Under the pieces are notes generated by a model that was not told the origin of the DNA, did no database searches, and saw only the letters and a program-made list of their open reading frames with translations. Positions 35,040-49,025 of a stretch of DNA of 64,000 bases are shown one piece after another (position 1 is the first letter of the stretch; each line of letters starts with the position of its first letter). Source of the stretch: Marsupella aquatica (lineage: Eukaryota > Plantae > Marchantiophyta); the NCBI GenBank assembly GCA_973895155.1, contig OZ316897.1, positions 8,827,832 to 8,891,831 on the forward strand, written 5' to 3'. The translations under genes and the position numbers were made by a program.

Positions 35040-38000
35040 CTAACCGACCTGTTTGTGTACAATCATCACCTTGATCGTCGATATACCTCTATTTCCACGG
35101 AAAAACATCCATCTTCTACTGTGTACCATATCCGCGAACTTCGTCCAATCTGCTCGGTGCATTAGGTGTCATCAACCATGGTGGCAATGAATTGACAAGA
35201 TTATTACGAAACTCGAGCTTTAGTGTTTGCAGTGACGGTGAACTCTTGATGCCGTCTGGAATGCTCCGAATAGAATAAACGAATATTTCCAGGTGACGAA
35301 GATCCTTCAAGTATCCAAATGAGTTCAGTGTCATGTCCTCAGCCACACGTATCTTCACAAATTGAAGTTTCTTGAGTTGCCATAAAGATTCGGGCAAAGT
35401 GTCCAATGTGCAATCCAATTTAAGCTTCTCCAAGGCAGCGAGTTGTCCGAAGCTGTCTGGCAAGGTGCCTAGTTTGTCGCAGAAGCTTAATTCAAGCTGG
35501 TTCAAGGAGGACAGTCCCCCGAATGACTCAGGCAAGGTACGCAAGTTCACGTCTCGCACTCATAAAATTCAAGATGGTTCAAGGAGGACAGTCCCCCGAA
35601 TGACTCATGCAAGGTGTGCAAGTTCTCACAATTCTGAAATCGAAGATGGTTCAAGGAGGACAGTCCCCCGAATGACTCAGGCAAGGTACTCAAGTTCTCG
35701 CACTCATGAAATTCAAGATCGTTCAAGGAGGACAGTCCCCCGAAGGACTCGGGCAGAGAGGACAATTTCGGACAATCATAGAATTCAAGATGGTTCAAGG
35801 AGGACAGTCCCCCGAATGACTCAGGCAAGGTACTCAAGTTCTCGCACTCATAAAATTGAAGATGGTTCAAGGTGGACAGTCCCCCGAAGGACTCCGGCAG
35901 AGAATACAATTTCGGAGATGATGCTATTACAAGGTGCTGTAAGGAGGACAGTTGCCCAATAGAACTCGGAAGGTGCTCCAAACCTTTTAACTCCAAGTAG
36001 GCAAGATGACTTTGGAGGGAAGGGTCAAAAAGATTTAGACCAACACATTTGAGTAAAACAAGCTCAGTTGGGAAGGATCCATCTTCCTGAGCTCCATCCA
36101 TCCTCACTGGGACGTTGACTTCCAAGAACTGTAGATTCTTCAGTCTAGGAAGAGCGTTGCTTGGAATATTGATAGAAACCTCATCATCATTTGCACTCTT
36201 GTGCTCCAACCGCAAGGCATACAATTCCTGTAAATAGAAACCACAACTGAGGATCAATAAATCACCTGATACTATTTTATCCCAATCATTGCAGATACGT
36301 AGTTAGACCAAGAAAAATCTGAGCTCATCAAGGGTACTCCAGGACCAGGTCCAATCCTTCAAATATGCAAGCACAAGCATGCATGTTTGTAGTCTGCTTG
36401 TGACTGACCTGGAGCTTACCTTTCCGTTTAACAGACTTGGAGTTTGTAACAGCTCCAGACCCTTCACTCCATCCCAGACCCTCCACTTCCTGGAGTACCT
36501 GGGCTCACATGCAATCTTCCTTCCAAGACTTTGTAGCTGTTCATGTACCTTGATTAGCTCATCATCTTTCACGTCATAAACTAGAGACATGTCCACCAAA
36601 GTCCCCCAAAGTATCCTTTCAATAGGTGTTTTATAAGCAACCCTCAATACTGCCAGGACTTTCCCCAAAGTCCACCGCCCTGACCTGCTGAAAAATGTTG
36701 TTACATCCAAAAACATCTGTTGCTCTATCGGTCCCAGACCCTCATAACTAGGCCTTAGTTTAGCCCAAAGCCTCCCATTCATGTCTTTCACATCCATTGC
36801 TTCATTCAAGGCAAGCAAAGTTTGCTTCCAGACATCATGGTTTGATTTTGCTTTCAGGTACTTCCCAAGAACTTCCAGTGTTAGAGGCAAGCCATCACAT
36901 TTTCTCACAATGGTTTCCATGATGCCTCCCAACTCTGGCGCTGGTACTCCTTGACCTGGAAATGCAAAACTTTGGAAAAGTACCATGGCAGCATCGTCTT
37001 TGAGGTATGGAACCTCATAGATGTCCCCCCATTGACGTACAAGATTTTGGTCTCGCGATGTCATAATGAAACGGCTATCTGAACCTGTAAGTTGACCTAA
37101 TTCTGATAAAATCATGGCATCACGATCAGTGGAGATATCATCTAAACCAAGGAGCAACTTCTTCCCTCTCAAGTTCTTCCAATTCTCTTCACTTGAGACC
37201 TTTCTCCCATGATGATACATCTGATTCCACACTTCTTGTTTCACAACTTCCTCACCCCCTTTGATTAGCTTCACATTAAGCACAAAACAAGTATACTCAA
37301 ATTGTTGGCCCATGCTGTTGAAAATTGCCTTGGCAAAGGTGGTTTTGCCCACACCTCCCATCCCCACTAGGCCTAATTTTGGACTGTTGACCAGCTTCTT
37401 GATTATTTCTTCCTTCGGACCATCAATACCAATAATTGAGTCAGGAACAAATTGGAAATTCTCAGGAAGTACTGACGTGCCTTGTGCCTGCATTTTATGA
37501 ACAATAGCCAACTGTCAATCCCAATTGTATTTTTAGCTTCAAGAGACAATCATGAAACAGCCTACTTTCCAACCGAATACAAGATGGCTGCTTTGGCACA
37601 AGGGATGAAAACTTCTTACCTTCACGTCCCCAACTATTCTGGAGAGAAACTGCTCTAGCTTATAGAAGCTTCTTTGCTTCTTTGTCATTGGCTTACATAT
37701 TGTGAAGTGGTCCACTCCACCAACAATAATGAAATTATCTCGTCTTGAAGATGCCTCAGGGACGATGAGAACTTCACCTAAGATTCCCTGCCCAAACCCA
37801 ACCAACAAATGCAATTGATCAGACCACAATTATGTGAGCCTCCATAGTGTGGCAAAATACTTGAATTCCAATTTAAAGTAACATAAGAGTGCTCTGTCAT
37901 TGTCACTGTCATAGATTACTGTTACTACAAATGACTCCACACACTAATGTTCATTAAACCTCAAGAAGAAATGATTGTGAGATTTCCAATTGCAGAGGGA

Positions 38001-38995
38001 CAGCGTCTACCAATGTCTCACTTAAACAAAGATTGCTTGCACACCACACGGAAGGTAGTGAGTAGATTTGTACCAATCTTGTTGGCATGCTCTCTCCAAC
38101 TCCCTCAATCTGCAACTTCGGATACATTCCGCATACCCTGTCGAACTTGTGATTCAGCCTTGCTGCTTCTGTACTCAAAATTTTGAAGTAATCCCGTAGG
38201 GGACCGCCACAAAGATCTACTGCTTCCTCTGCAATTGAGCTGCCGTGATGTGGAGTGCCATAGAAAAATATTCCATTTAGGTTGTTAAGAAAGGTCTGGA
38301 GCTTCTCCTTGTTTGGGCCTTTGGCCATACCCAGCATTTCATGGGCTTGGCAGAATACTTGCTTAATGACAATGCCCCCAACAGAATGACCAACTAAGAT
38401 CACCGGACAGCCCGGCACTTGTCCAATATCTGCTTGGAGTAGATCCGAGATGAAGTTTTCAGCAATGTTGTAGATGTCAAAAACACTGTTACAAAAACTT
38501 TTGCCTACACGCCCATCATATGAAACATACAACACGTGACTGCCTGGGAATTTTCCAACCAACCACTCTTGAGGCCACATGCATTTCCCATCCCCGCTTT
38601 CCCACGTCGACAAATGTACATTTGTGAAGTTCTGGAATTGCAGCCCATGGAAGAACAAAAGCTGCATGCTGGCGTTGCCCGGCGGTCTGTCAAGCTCACA
38701 AAAGGATTCATTTACCTGAGACAAAAGGGTCCAAGTAATCAATACTCCCACACAATCTTGTCATTCAATCCCTCGTTTACATTCAAAGCACAAAATCCCA
38801 CAGACGCCAAGACCAGACTAGATCAGGGTCTGCACCGTGGACCTCTCGAGCACCTGCTGTCATTCGCGAAGAAGTAGAAGCTATAGATGTTGTGGTCACT
38901 GACGCACGTAGCATGTAGCTCAAGCGTGTGACCCATCGGCTTTTGGAGTTCGCAGGATCGTAATAGTTGGCAAGGCCGCGTAGAATGGAAGCCAT
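35040..38995 (-). pseudogene. NLR-B: hydrolase-NB-ARC-LRR with a frameshifted, contracted LRR (6 cassettes); pseudogene or truncated receptor
   Basis: Exons 38995-38843, 38715-38074, 37787-37620 and 37487-36420 are intact. The LRR exon from 36227 has +5 nt at ~35550 giving TGA at 35547, plus a further 1-nt loss near 35150. The micro-exon donor is GT>CT (36323). Confidence 0.8.
35473..35909 (-). repeat. 6 x 72-bp LRR units plus 5 extra nt (NLR-B)
   Basis: Span is 437 = 6x72+5. Confidence 0.9.
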
Positions 38996-41742
38996 GCAGG
39001 CAACCGAGTAATTTCGGAGGCTTGCTCTTGATACCGATCAGAGCATGTGCTCGAGAAGAAACCTGCGCAGCATGAAGAAGGGTTGAGCAGGCTGGTCTTC
39101 TCCGGTCCATAAGGCAGTATGGTCGACCTTAGATGGTGGCCTAAAACCTGGGACTATGTTCAATCCTTCAAGTGCACATCCGTGAGTAATTCAGTTGTCC
39201 CTGGGCGCAAATAGAAAGAAAGTAATCTTATCATCTAATGCATAGCGTTGCCTGAAACGAGACATAAGTTGCTACTAGTGCGTTGGACTAGAAGTTGTCT
39301 CATGCTGAAACACGAGACATGAAAAGGGAAACAGGGTACGCTGCAAGCCAGGTGCAAATTGCTTTAATGCTCCGTAACATTTAATTCTATCTATTGATAT
39401 CAAAAGCCTGGAGCACATTCACACGTTCTCCGAACCATTCGATCAAGACTGTCCACTTAGAGGTCGCAGTTGGAGACCAGAGAAGAGAAACAAAAGCTTC
39501 GTGTTTGATGTCCAGAACGTAAATCCACTTATGTAGATTTGGACGAGGGGCAGGAAAGTGAGCATTCAAGCGACATGGAGGCTTTGAAGGTATTCAGGTC
39601 GTCATTTCGGTTGGTGAATGGAAGTGACCGAGTCAACACATCCCAACAACCACATGCCATAAGACAAAAATTCAAGGATTTCGCCATAGGACTTACAATT
39701 AGGCGAAAAAAGGGTGAGTGATACAGAAGTCCACGGAAGCGCTTCTGCAGATATCAGCTTTCCGATTCCAGGAACCGACGCAGCCGAGGCTCAAAGTTTG
39801 TTGACGAAGATGAGTAAACTTACACGGCTACCACTGCGAAAAATTGGGTTCCTCCTGCAGAAATTCACAAAAGTACATATGCAGATGATCCCTCCGAGAG
39901 TCCAGGAATCGAAAGGCGGCAATTTTCACAACTCGTGGGTAAAGAGGCTTCCTTGTTGGAACAGAGCAGTGCTCATGGGATGACGAGGCGAAGGACTATT
40001 GCGCACATCTGCTGAGAGAAGAAACTGATCGCTGCTATCAATCAGTAAACGGATCAACAACAATCGTCACATACCATGAAATTGAAGTGAGTCAATGGAT
40101 GGTACTATGGTAGACCTAGAAAGACACCAACCTGAAGAGAGAAAACAAGATCGAGCCACCCCACAAACCTCACCACTGCGCATAAACGGGTCGGCAAGCT
40201 ACCTCTCAAAATGCAAGGTTGAGAGTCAGAAAGCAGGTTTTAGCACAGTAGACTCTGCCGACGGAATTTCTAACAATGGGCCGACAGATCTGCTCCTGGG
40301 AGCTCAAGGAGTCAACAAACAAGATGAGGAGGGTCCAACCTCGAGAGAGTCGCTTTGCTGAGCAAGCATTGTACAGCACTCGGCCAGTATACACAGAGCA
40401 AAAAGCTTGGTAAGTGGCGAGGAAGGAATCTCCTTTGACATCTGTGAACATGGGACGAGGGGGGGCCCATTGGGAAGACAACTATGTCGCGTTTTGACAA
40501 AAATGACAAAGCTACACATCTGCACCGTCTATTGTAAACATTAAAAAACGGCTCGCATGTGTGTTTAACTCTTCCTCGTGTTCCCCTGCTAGAACTTTGG
40601 CCGACGTCATCCTACTGCAGAGTAACAATTTCTTCTTATTACTTCCTCACCTTGAGTGTTCTTAAGTCAGCGGTGTTCGCTTTTCACTCTAGCTCCAGTA
40701 TTTGTCCTCGGCAGTGTGACTCGTCAACACTACTCTGTAGTACATAATTTAGGGGTGTGAATTTGGTATGTTTCTCTGTAACGTAGAGGACGCAAACCGA
40801 CTGTTGCTGGGGTCCGACGAATTGGCATGTGAGAGTTTTCTGCCCTTTGAAAATCCAAGTCCAATTTTTATTTCAGGGGCATCAGTCCGGGTTTCGCACG
40901 TCTACCATGGAAATTTCGCTGCTTGATTGACTTAGTTCTACTCTCCATATGTGACCGAGGCCTACTTCTCATTCTCCGGGTAATACCTGAAGATCCTGTG
41001 GCAAGCTTCATATTCGGAAGCTGGATCGAATGGCAGATGCTTTTCGCACAGCACTTGAGAGCGTGTGTAGCCCATAAATCCAGGACTTCCCTGCTCGATT
41101 AATCTGGTAGAATGACTTATTAGCAATCTTCGTCAGTCGTTACCCTAGGAGCCGTTTCGATCCCCACTTAGATTTTTACAGTTCTAGGACAAATGTTACG
41201 GCTAAGGCACTGGTGTTTTGAGCTCAATAATCTTATTTAGATCATCATCACAGAAATAGTTGAATTTCACGTCGCTAAACATTCTGTCCAGCTGTTCGAA
41301 AGCCACACCGCCATCTATGGCAGTTCTTGTCTTTCCCTTACCCCGAAGCTTTTGGCCAGCAATCGAAATGTTTTCCCGGAGTGCTTGAAATCCAAGTTTG
41401 GGAGTGTTTGGCCAGCAGCACGGGTAGTGAACACTCGATCCTTCTACAAACTTTGAAAGCTACGAAGACGGGATAATCCTGCAGTTTTGGCACTGAAACG
41501 AAACCAAAACTATTGAACTGTGACCATATTGTAGGATGAAGTTGGAACGCGTTAGAGGACTAATCTACTGAGACTGGGTGACGTAGAAGTGCACTGCCGA
41601 GGAGTGGACAGAAGAAAACTGCACAGCCAATTGAACAAAATAGTAATATGGAAACGAGAACAAAGGCGAAAACTCAAGGTGGCTCGACAACTATTCTACA
41701 CTGGGAAAAATGTCGCCAAGGAGAAAGGTGTGACTCGCCTAC

Positions 41743-43462
41743 CAGGCCCGTGACCGAGGGGGTCTGTCAAAAAGGCTGAACTAAATTACCGGGTTACTAG
41801 TTATTCTAAGAAAAGATTATTGTAACGATCAAAACCATGTTTAAGATATGCCCCATGTCATTTTCCAATTATTTTCTCAAATCAATAAGTGTGTTAAGTC
41901 ACTCTCCAGCAACGTGACTCTTTGTGGTTCATTATGTTTTCGGGCCAAATTGGCTAATTTGATAGTGATACCAGGAAACTCACGCCTGGAAAAAGCAAAG
42001 TTTTTACCCCACTTTACGGGCCACTTGAGTCTCTTTAGGACTCTGAGACCACTAAGCAAGCAGTGTAATAATTCTCTTCACTACCACGTAAAAACAATTA
42101 GCAGGTGGGGATACTGAAGAGGATGTCCTCATGGATTACCTTCTTGAAGGTACTGTACCCAAACTGCCCATGACTATTTAGAAACTAATACACGGTTGCA
42201 TGATTTTGGCTACCCCAAAACAATAGAGGGAAGTTGAACATAACTGATTAATACAAGCCACCTTTGCATTTAGATTGTTAGCGGGAACCTAGACTCACTC
42301 ACGATTTCCTACCCTCAAAAAGGTTATTAATGTTCTTCCATTGGACAAAATCCTGAAGTTAGAAGTTAAAAAATTTTAAACCTACTGTAGACCTCATGGT
42401 TCTGAGCTGCTAGTTCTGATCAACAAGATAACTCAAGGCATGACTCAAATGATGAAGACATGGATTTTTTTGGTCCTCCCTCGTGAACTTTAGTGGCGGG
42501 CTTTGGGTCCATGTTAGTGAGTTCATTTGTGCAAACTAAGGCAAATAAAGTACAAAGTCATTGTTGTGCAGAACTGTGCACCTTCATACATCAAATCCTT
42601 ATGTACTCTGGTATGTATTGGGCAAGGAAGTGAGATTTAGTGTGGATGAGATGTGGAGAGATGCTTTAGGATTTGACATGGATCACACCCATGCACTTTA
42701 GCTTTGTACAGTTCAGATAGAGGTTATAGCTTTCGATAGATATATTAGAAGGTTAACCAATCATGTTGTTAAATCTCTCACCAAATTCTCAATCTTACAT
42801 ATTTTAATTCAAACTGATGTTATTGCAAGTATCATGCACATATGACATGATCCAAAAACAATTCTTTACCTTGTATTTGTTACGATTTTTTGAAACAAAC
42901 TAAATGAATGATCTTTTCCTTGTAGTTGTTATATTTTCCAAACAAAAAAAGAATCAGATTTTTTATGCTCTCTTATATGAATAAGGATAATGACTCTGTC
43001 GTATGTATTTGCAACAAAATTTCTGAAAATAATCCTTGGAATAATCTATTATATCCAATTTTTGCTATTACACAAGCGATCGATTGATTAAAACTACATT
43101 TTAAAAGCACACACTCAAATTTTATATAATGTTGTACTTAATTACCTCCACAGTAGTTAATGCCACACACTCCCAATGAACTCAAATCTTATACAAAAGC
43201 ACCCAGAGAGGCATGCCACACACCCCCAATGAACTCAAATCTTATACAAAAGCACCCAGAGAGGCATGGCTGTGTGGTATCACTTGTGTTGAGACTCATA
43301 AGTCTAGAGTTCAAATGTTATGGCTGGCTATTCACTTTTCTGTGGGGTTTCACAGATTTCCCCTTAAATTTGATTTAAAAAGGAAACTTATACAAAAGCA
43401 CACTTGATTAGAAGAAATATTCTTTTTATATTTTTACTCGACACATTTCGTCCATCACAGAT
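41743..43462. mobile_element. AT-rich insertion of unknown origin, possibly a decayed DNA-transposon remnant; second copy at 62728-64000
   Basis: Absent from the NLR-A flank (~32030-32170). Starts caggcccgtgaccgagggggtc. The flank motif gccg(a/g)ggagtg...gaagaaaactg...ggctcgacaa is repeated on both sides. No matching TIR or transposase ORF was seen. Confidence 0.3.
43160..43268. repeat. 53-bp tandem duplication
   Basis: atgccacacac(t/c)cccaatgaactcaaatcttatacaaaagcacccagagaggc x2. Confidence 0.9.
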
Positions 43463-45814
43463 GCCGGGGAGTGTGAGAAGAAAACTGAACAGCCAATTGC
43501 AACAGAGTACTGTAAAAACCCGGAACCAAACCAAAAACCAAAAGCTGGCTCGACAAGTAGTTAACACTAGGAAATGTCGAGAGAGGAAGGTGTGTGGCTC
43601 GGCAACATGAATGTAGACGCTGCGCAGAAAGGCTCAGGGCTCATCAATGGTAATAAAGTTCGAGATTGTAGACTTCGTACTATAGAAATGAGGGACTTTC
43701 AATAGAATCACAAAGGAGATTGCAAAGAACTTGCAAACTTTTTCATATCTCAAATCCGAACTTCTAATTTATCCTGAATTATCTCAATTGAGAACTCCGA
43801 ATTTTACTAATGCAAGCACTGTCTTCAGTTTCAATACCGTAATAATACCATCCAATGCAAGCATTCAATTACACTGTTGCCAACGCAGTCCTTGATACAA
43901 TTCCTCCGATATGTAATTGCTTCACACCCTGAAAATTGGCAGAAATTCACAAAAGGACATATGCAGATGATCGAAAGGCGGCAATATTCACAACTCGTGG
44001 GTAACGAGGCTTCCTTGTTGGAACAGAGCAGTGCTCATGGGATGACGAGGCGAAGGACGATTGCGCACATCTCCTGAGAGAAGAAACTGATCGCTGCTAT
44101 CAATCAGTAAACGGATCAACAACAATCGTCAAATCCCGTGAAATTGAAATGAGTCAACGGATGGTATTATGGTAGACCTAGAAAGAAACCAGCCTGAAGA
44201 GAGAAAACAAGAGCACCCCACAAAGCTCACCACTGGGCATAAACGGGTCGGCAAGCTACCTCAAAAAATGGAAGGTTGAGAGTTTATTTGCAAGTTTGTA
44301 ATGCACGGTTTAGCATTGGCCTGTGGGTCTTACTTTTGAATATACTTTAGAATTTAAGAAGTTGAGGTGAGTAATTCAAGCAGTTGTCAATACCATCCAA
44401 GATAATGACTTCCATCTTGGCGCTGGCCTGTGAGTTAAACTCGCCTGTGGGTTTTACTTTTGGAATTGCTTGTTTAGTTGAGGTTTAGTGGGTGATAAAC
44501 CATCCAATGCAATCACTTCATCCTAGACATGACAATAGCATCAATGGAAGCATTTTTTCAATTCCATAGCCATGACAACATCCAATTCAAGCACTTCAAT
44601 TCCACAGCCATGACAATCGTGTCCATTGCGAACACTTCAATTGCACAGTTGCCAACGCAGTCTGCCATTTTGATTTCAACGATTTTCAGGGTTGATCGGA
44701 GGCCGCAGACTCAACAGCTCAGTTGTGTTCGATATAATTCCTCTGACGTGTAATTGCTTCACAACCTGAAAATTGGCCTAGTCATGACAATAACATCCAA
44801 TCCAGACAGTCCAATTCCAGTCTTCCTAACGCATTGTTCGATAAAATTCTTCTGATGTGTAATTGCTTCACCCTGAAAATTGGCTGAACATACACTTGCA
44901 GGTCGCACACAGGTGAGCAATGCTAAGCCCTTTACGTGAGCTGACAATGTGTAAACGTGTGGATTGCCACGAAACTAAGCTGCAAGTAACATTACAGGTA
45001 CACAACCAACATCCTAGCTCGATGGCAACACCTACTTTAAGTTCCACCAATCCACTCGTAAAGGTTACAGAGGGCAGACAAATTGAGAGAATTCGATTTC
45101 ACAGAGCAGACTAAATTCGATTCTCATATCTCTACGTCTATGTACTGTGATAACAATGCCAGATTCTCGATCAATAACTATCATACACCAAGAGCACCCT
45201 TTCCAAGATCACAATCCGACCATGGACCCTACTCACACTCTGGCTAATCAATCAATGGGATTCAGTTCCGTTCCGTGCTGCTCGCGTCCGTGCCTTTCGT
45301 CATGTTGAAAACTCCATCTCCCACCGTTGCGTTGCACAAAGCTCTCCTTAGCTGCTGCGCAAACTGCGCAAGAGCCAGCATCATCGAGTTATGACCATGA
45401 CGAATTAGTAATCTGATATGATCCAGCTCACTCATGCTTCAACGCCACAATAATTCTACGGGATATGCTCCAATCAGGAAGTGAGCACGTGAGGTCCGAC
45501 GATCACAATGTGCTAATGATAGATTCCATTTCACTCCAACTTTGAAGGCAATATCCGGTTCAAGCGCATTAGTAATCTAGTGTAATACAGCTCACTCATG
45601 CTGCAACGACGTAATAAGTTCAATCAGGAAAAGAGTAGATGAGGTAAATCACGTTGTGCAAACGATATGTGGACATCATTTCCTCCTTGAAAGACAATAT
45701 GCTGACCATACATTCACGTACCGGGGCACGCATAGTGGTCAGTCTGCTCCTCCCATTCAGACTAACGTAAATTGCGCCAAACCGACCTGCTTCTGTACCA
45801 TCATCAGACCCTGA

Positions 45815-48800
45815 TCAATAATATTCCTCGTTTTCCACGGAAAAACAACCATGGTCTATAGTGTATGATATCCATGAACCTCGTTCAATTGTGCTCGCTG
45901 CATTAGGTGTCATCAACCATGGTGGCAATGAATTAACAAGATTACGACGAAAATTGAGGTTTAGTGTTTGCAGTGACGGTGAACTCTTGATGCCGTCTAG
46001 AATGCTCGGAATAGAATAAACGAGTATTTCCAGGTGACGAAGATCCTTCAAGTGTCCCAATGAGTTCAGTGTCATGTCCTCAGCCACACGTATCTTCAAA
46101 AATTGAAGTTTCTTGAGTTGCCCGAAAGAATCGGGCAAAGTGTCCAATGTCCAAACCATTTCAAGCTTCTCCAAGGCAGCGAGTTGCACGAAGGTGTCTG
46201 GCAAGGTGCGTAATTTGCCGCAGTAGATTAATTCAAGCTGGTTCAAAGAGGACAGTCCCCCGAATGACTCAGGCAAGGTGCGCAAGTTCTCACAATTCCG
46301 AAATCGAAGATGGTTCAAGGAGGACAGTCCCCCGAATGACTCAGGCAAGGTACTCAAGTTCTCGCACTTAAAAAATTCAAGATAGTTCAAGGAGGACAGT
46401 CCCCCGAATGACTCAGGCAAGGTACGCAAGTTCACGCACGCATAAAATTTAAGATGGTTCAAGGAGGACAGTCCCCCGAATGACTCAGGCAAGGTACGCA
46501 AGTTCACGCACTCATTGAATTCAAGATGGTTCAAGGAGGACAGTCCCCCGAATGACTCAGGCAAGGTACTCAAGTTCACGCACTCATTAAATTCAAGATG
46601 GTTCAAGGAGGACAGTCCCCCGAATGACTCAGGCAAGGTACGCAAGTTCACGCACGCATAAAATTTAAGATGGTTCAAGGAGGACAGTCCCCCGAATGAG
46701 TCAGGCAAGGTATGCAAGTTCACGCACTCATTGAATTCAAGATGGTTCAAGGAGGACAGTCCCCCGAATGACTCAGGCAAGGTAGGCAAGTTCACGCACT
46801 CATTAAATTCAAGATGGTTCAAGGAGGACAGTCCCCCGAATGACTCAGGCAAGGTACGCAAGTTCACGCACGCATAAAATTTAAGATGGTTCAAGGAGGA
46901 CAGTCCCCCGAAGGACTCAGGCAAGGTACGCAAGTTCTCGCACGTAATAAGTTCAAGATGGTTCAAGGAGGAAAGTCCACCGAAAGACTCAGGCAAGGTG
47001 CGCAAGTTCTCACATTTCCAGAATCGAAGATGGTTCAAGGAGGACAGTCCCCCGAAGGACTCGGGCAGAGAAGACAATTTTGGAGATGATACTATCACAA
47101 GGTGCTGTAAGGAGGACAGTTGCCCAATAGAACTCGGAAGGTGCTCCAAACCTTTTAACTCCAAGTAGGCAAGATGACTTTGGAGGGAAGGGTCAAAAAG
47201 ATTTTGACCAACACATCTGAGTAAAACAAGCTCAGTTGGGAAGGATCCATCTTCCTGAGCTCCATCCATCCTCATTGGGACGTTAACTTCCAAGAAACGG
47301 AGATTCTTCAGTTTGAGAAGAGCACAGGTTGGAATATTGATCAACAGCTCATCATCGTCATCATCGTCATCATCATCACTTGCACTCTCGTCATCATCAT
47401 CATCATCACTTGCACTCTTGTGCTCCAACCGCAAGGCATACAATTCCTGTAAATAGAAACCACAACTGAGAATCAATAAATCACTTGATACTATTTGATC
47501 TCAATCAATGCAAATAAGTACAGTAGTTAGACCAGGAAAAATCTGAGCTCATCAAGGGTACTCCAGGACCATGTCCAATCCTTCAAATATGCAAGCACAA
47601 GCATGGATGTTTGTAGTCTGCTAGTCTGTTTGACCTGGAGCTTACCTTTCCGTTTAATAGACTTGGAGTTTGTAACATCTCCAGACCCTTCACTCCATCC
47701 CAGACCCTGCACTTCCTGGAGTAGCTGGGCTCACATGCAATCTTCCTTCCGAGACTTTGTAGCTGTTCATGTACCTTGATCGGTTCATGGTCTTCCACCT
47801 CATAAACAAGAGACATGTCCACCAAAGTCCCCCAAAGTAGCCTTTCAGTAGTTGTTTTATAAGCAGCCCTCAATGCTACCAGGGCGTCACCCAAAGTCCA
47901 CTTGCGAGTCCACCTCCAAGACGTGCTGAAAAATGTTGTTACATCCAAAAACATCTGTTGCTCTATTGGTCCCAGACCCTCATAACTGGGCCTTAGCTTA
48001 GCCCAAAGCCTCTCATTCATGCCTTTCACATCCATTGCTTCATCCAAGGCAAGCAAAGTTTGCTTCCAGACATCACGGTTTGATTTTGCTTTCAGGTACT
48101 TCCCAAGAACTTCCAGTGTTAGAGGCAGGCCATCACATTTTTTCACAATGGTTTCCATGATGCCTCCCAACTCTGGCGCTGGTACTCCTTGACCTGGAAA
48201 TGCAAAACTCTGGAACAGTACCATGGCAGCATCATCTTTGAGGTATGGCACCTCATAGATGTCCCCCCAATGACGTACAAGATTTTGGTCTCGCGATGTC
48301 ATAATGAAACGGCTATCTGGACCTGTAAGTTGACCTAATTCTGATAAAATCATGGCATCACGATCCGTAGAGATATCATCTAAACCAAGGAGCAACTTCT
48401 TCCCTCTCAAGTTCTCCCAATCCTCTTCACTTGAGACCTGTCTCCCATGATGATACATCTGATTCCACACTTCTTGTGTCACAACTTCCTCACCCCCTTT
48501 GATTAGCTTCACATTAAGCACAAAACAAGTATACTCAAATTGTTGGCCCATGCTGTTGAAAATTACCTTGGCAAGGGTGGTTTTGCCCACACCTCCCATC
48601 CCCACTAGGCCTAATTTTGGACTGTTCACCAGCTTCTCGATTATTTCTTCCTTCGGACCATCAATACCAATAATTGAGTCAGGAACAAATTGGAAATTGT
48701 CAGGAAGTACTGACGTGCCTTGTGTCTGCATTTTATGAACAATAGCCATCTGTCAATACCAATTGTAATTTTGGCTTGAAGAGACAATCATGAAACACCC

Positions 48801-49025
48801 TAGTTTCCAGCTGAAATTTAAATGGCTGCCTTGGCACAAGGGATGAAAACATCTTACCTTCATGTCACCAACTATTCTGGAGAGGAAGTTCTCTAGCTTA
48901 TAAAAGCTACTTCTGGTCTTTGTCATTGGCTTACATATTGTGAAGTGGTCAACTCCATCAACAATATTGAAATTGTCTCGACTTGAAGATGCCTCAGGGA
49001 CTATGAAAACTTCACCTAAGTTTCC
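45815..49025 (-). CDS. NLR-C: NB-ARC-LRR (12 cassettes) whose start exon and main hydrolase exon are deleted ('headless'); may be a pseudogene
   Basis: Open exons 49025-48858, 48725-47646 and 47446-45815. The deletion junction at 49300/49301 removes sequence equivalent to NLR-B 38043-39052. Confidence 0.7.
46214..47077 (-). repeat. 12 x 72-bp LRR units (NLR-C)
   Basis: Span is 864 = 12x72. Confidence 0.95.
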
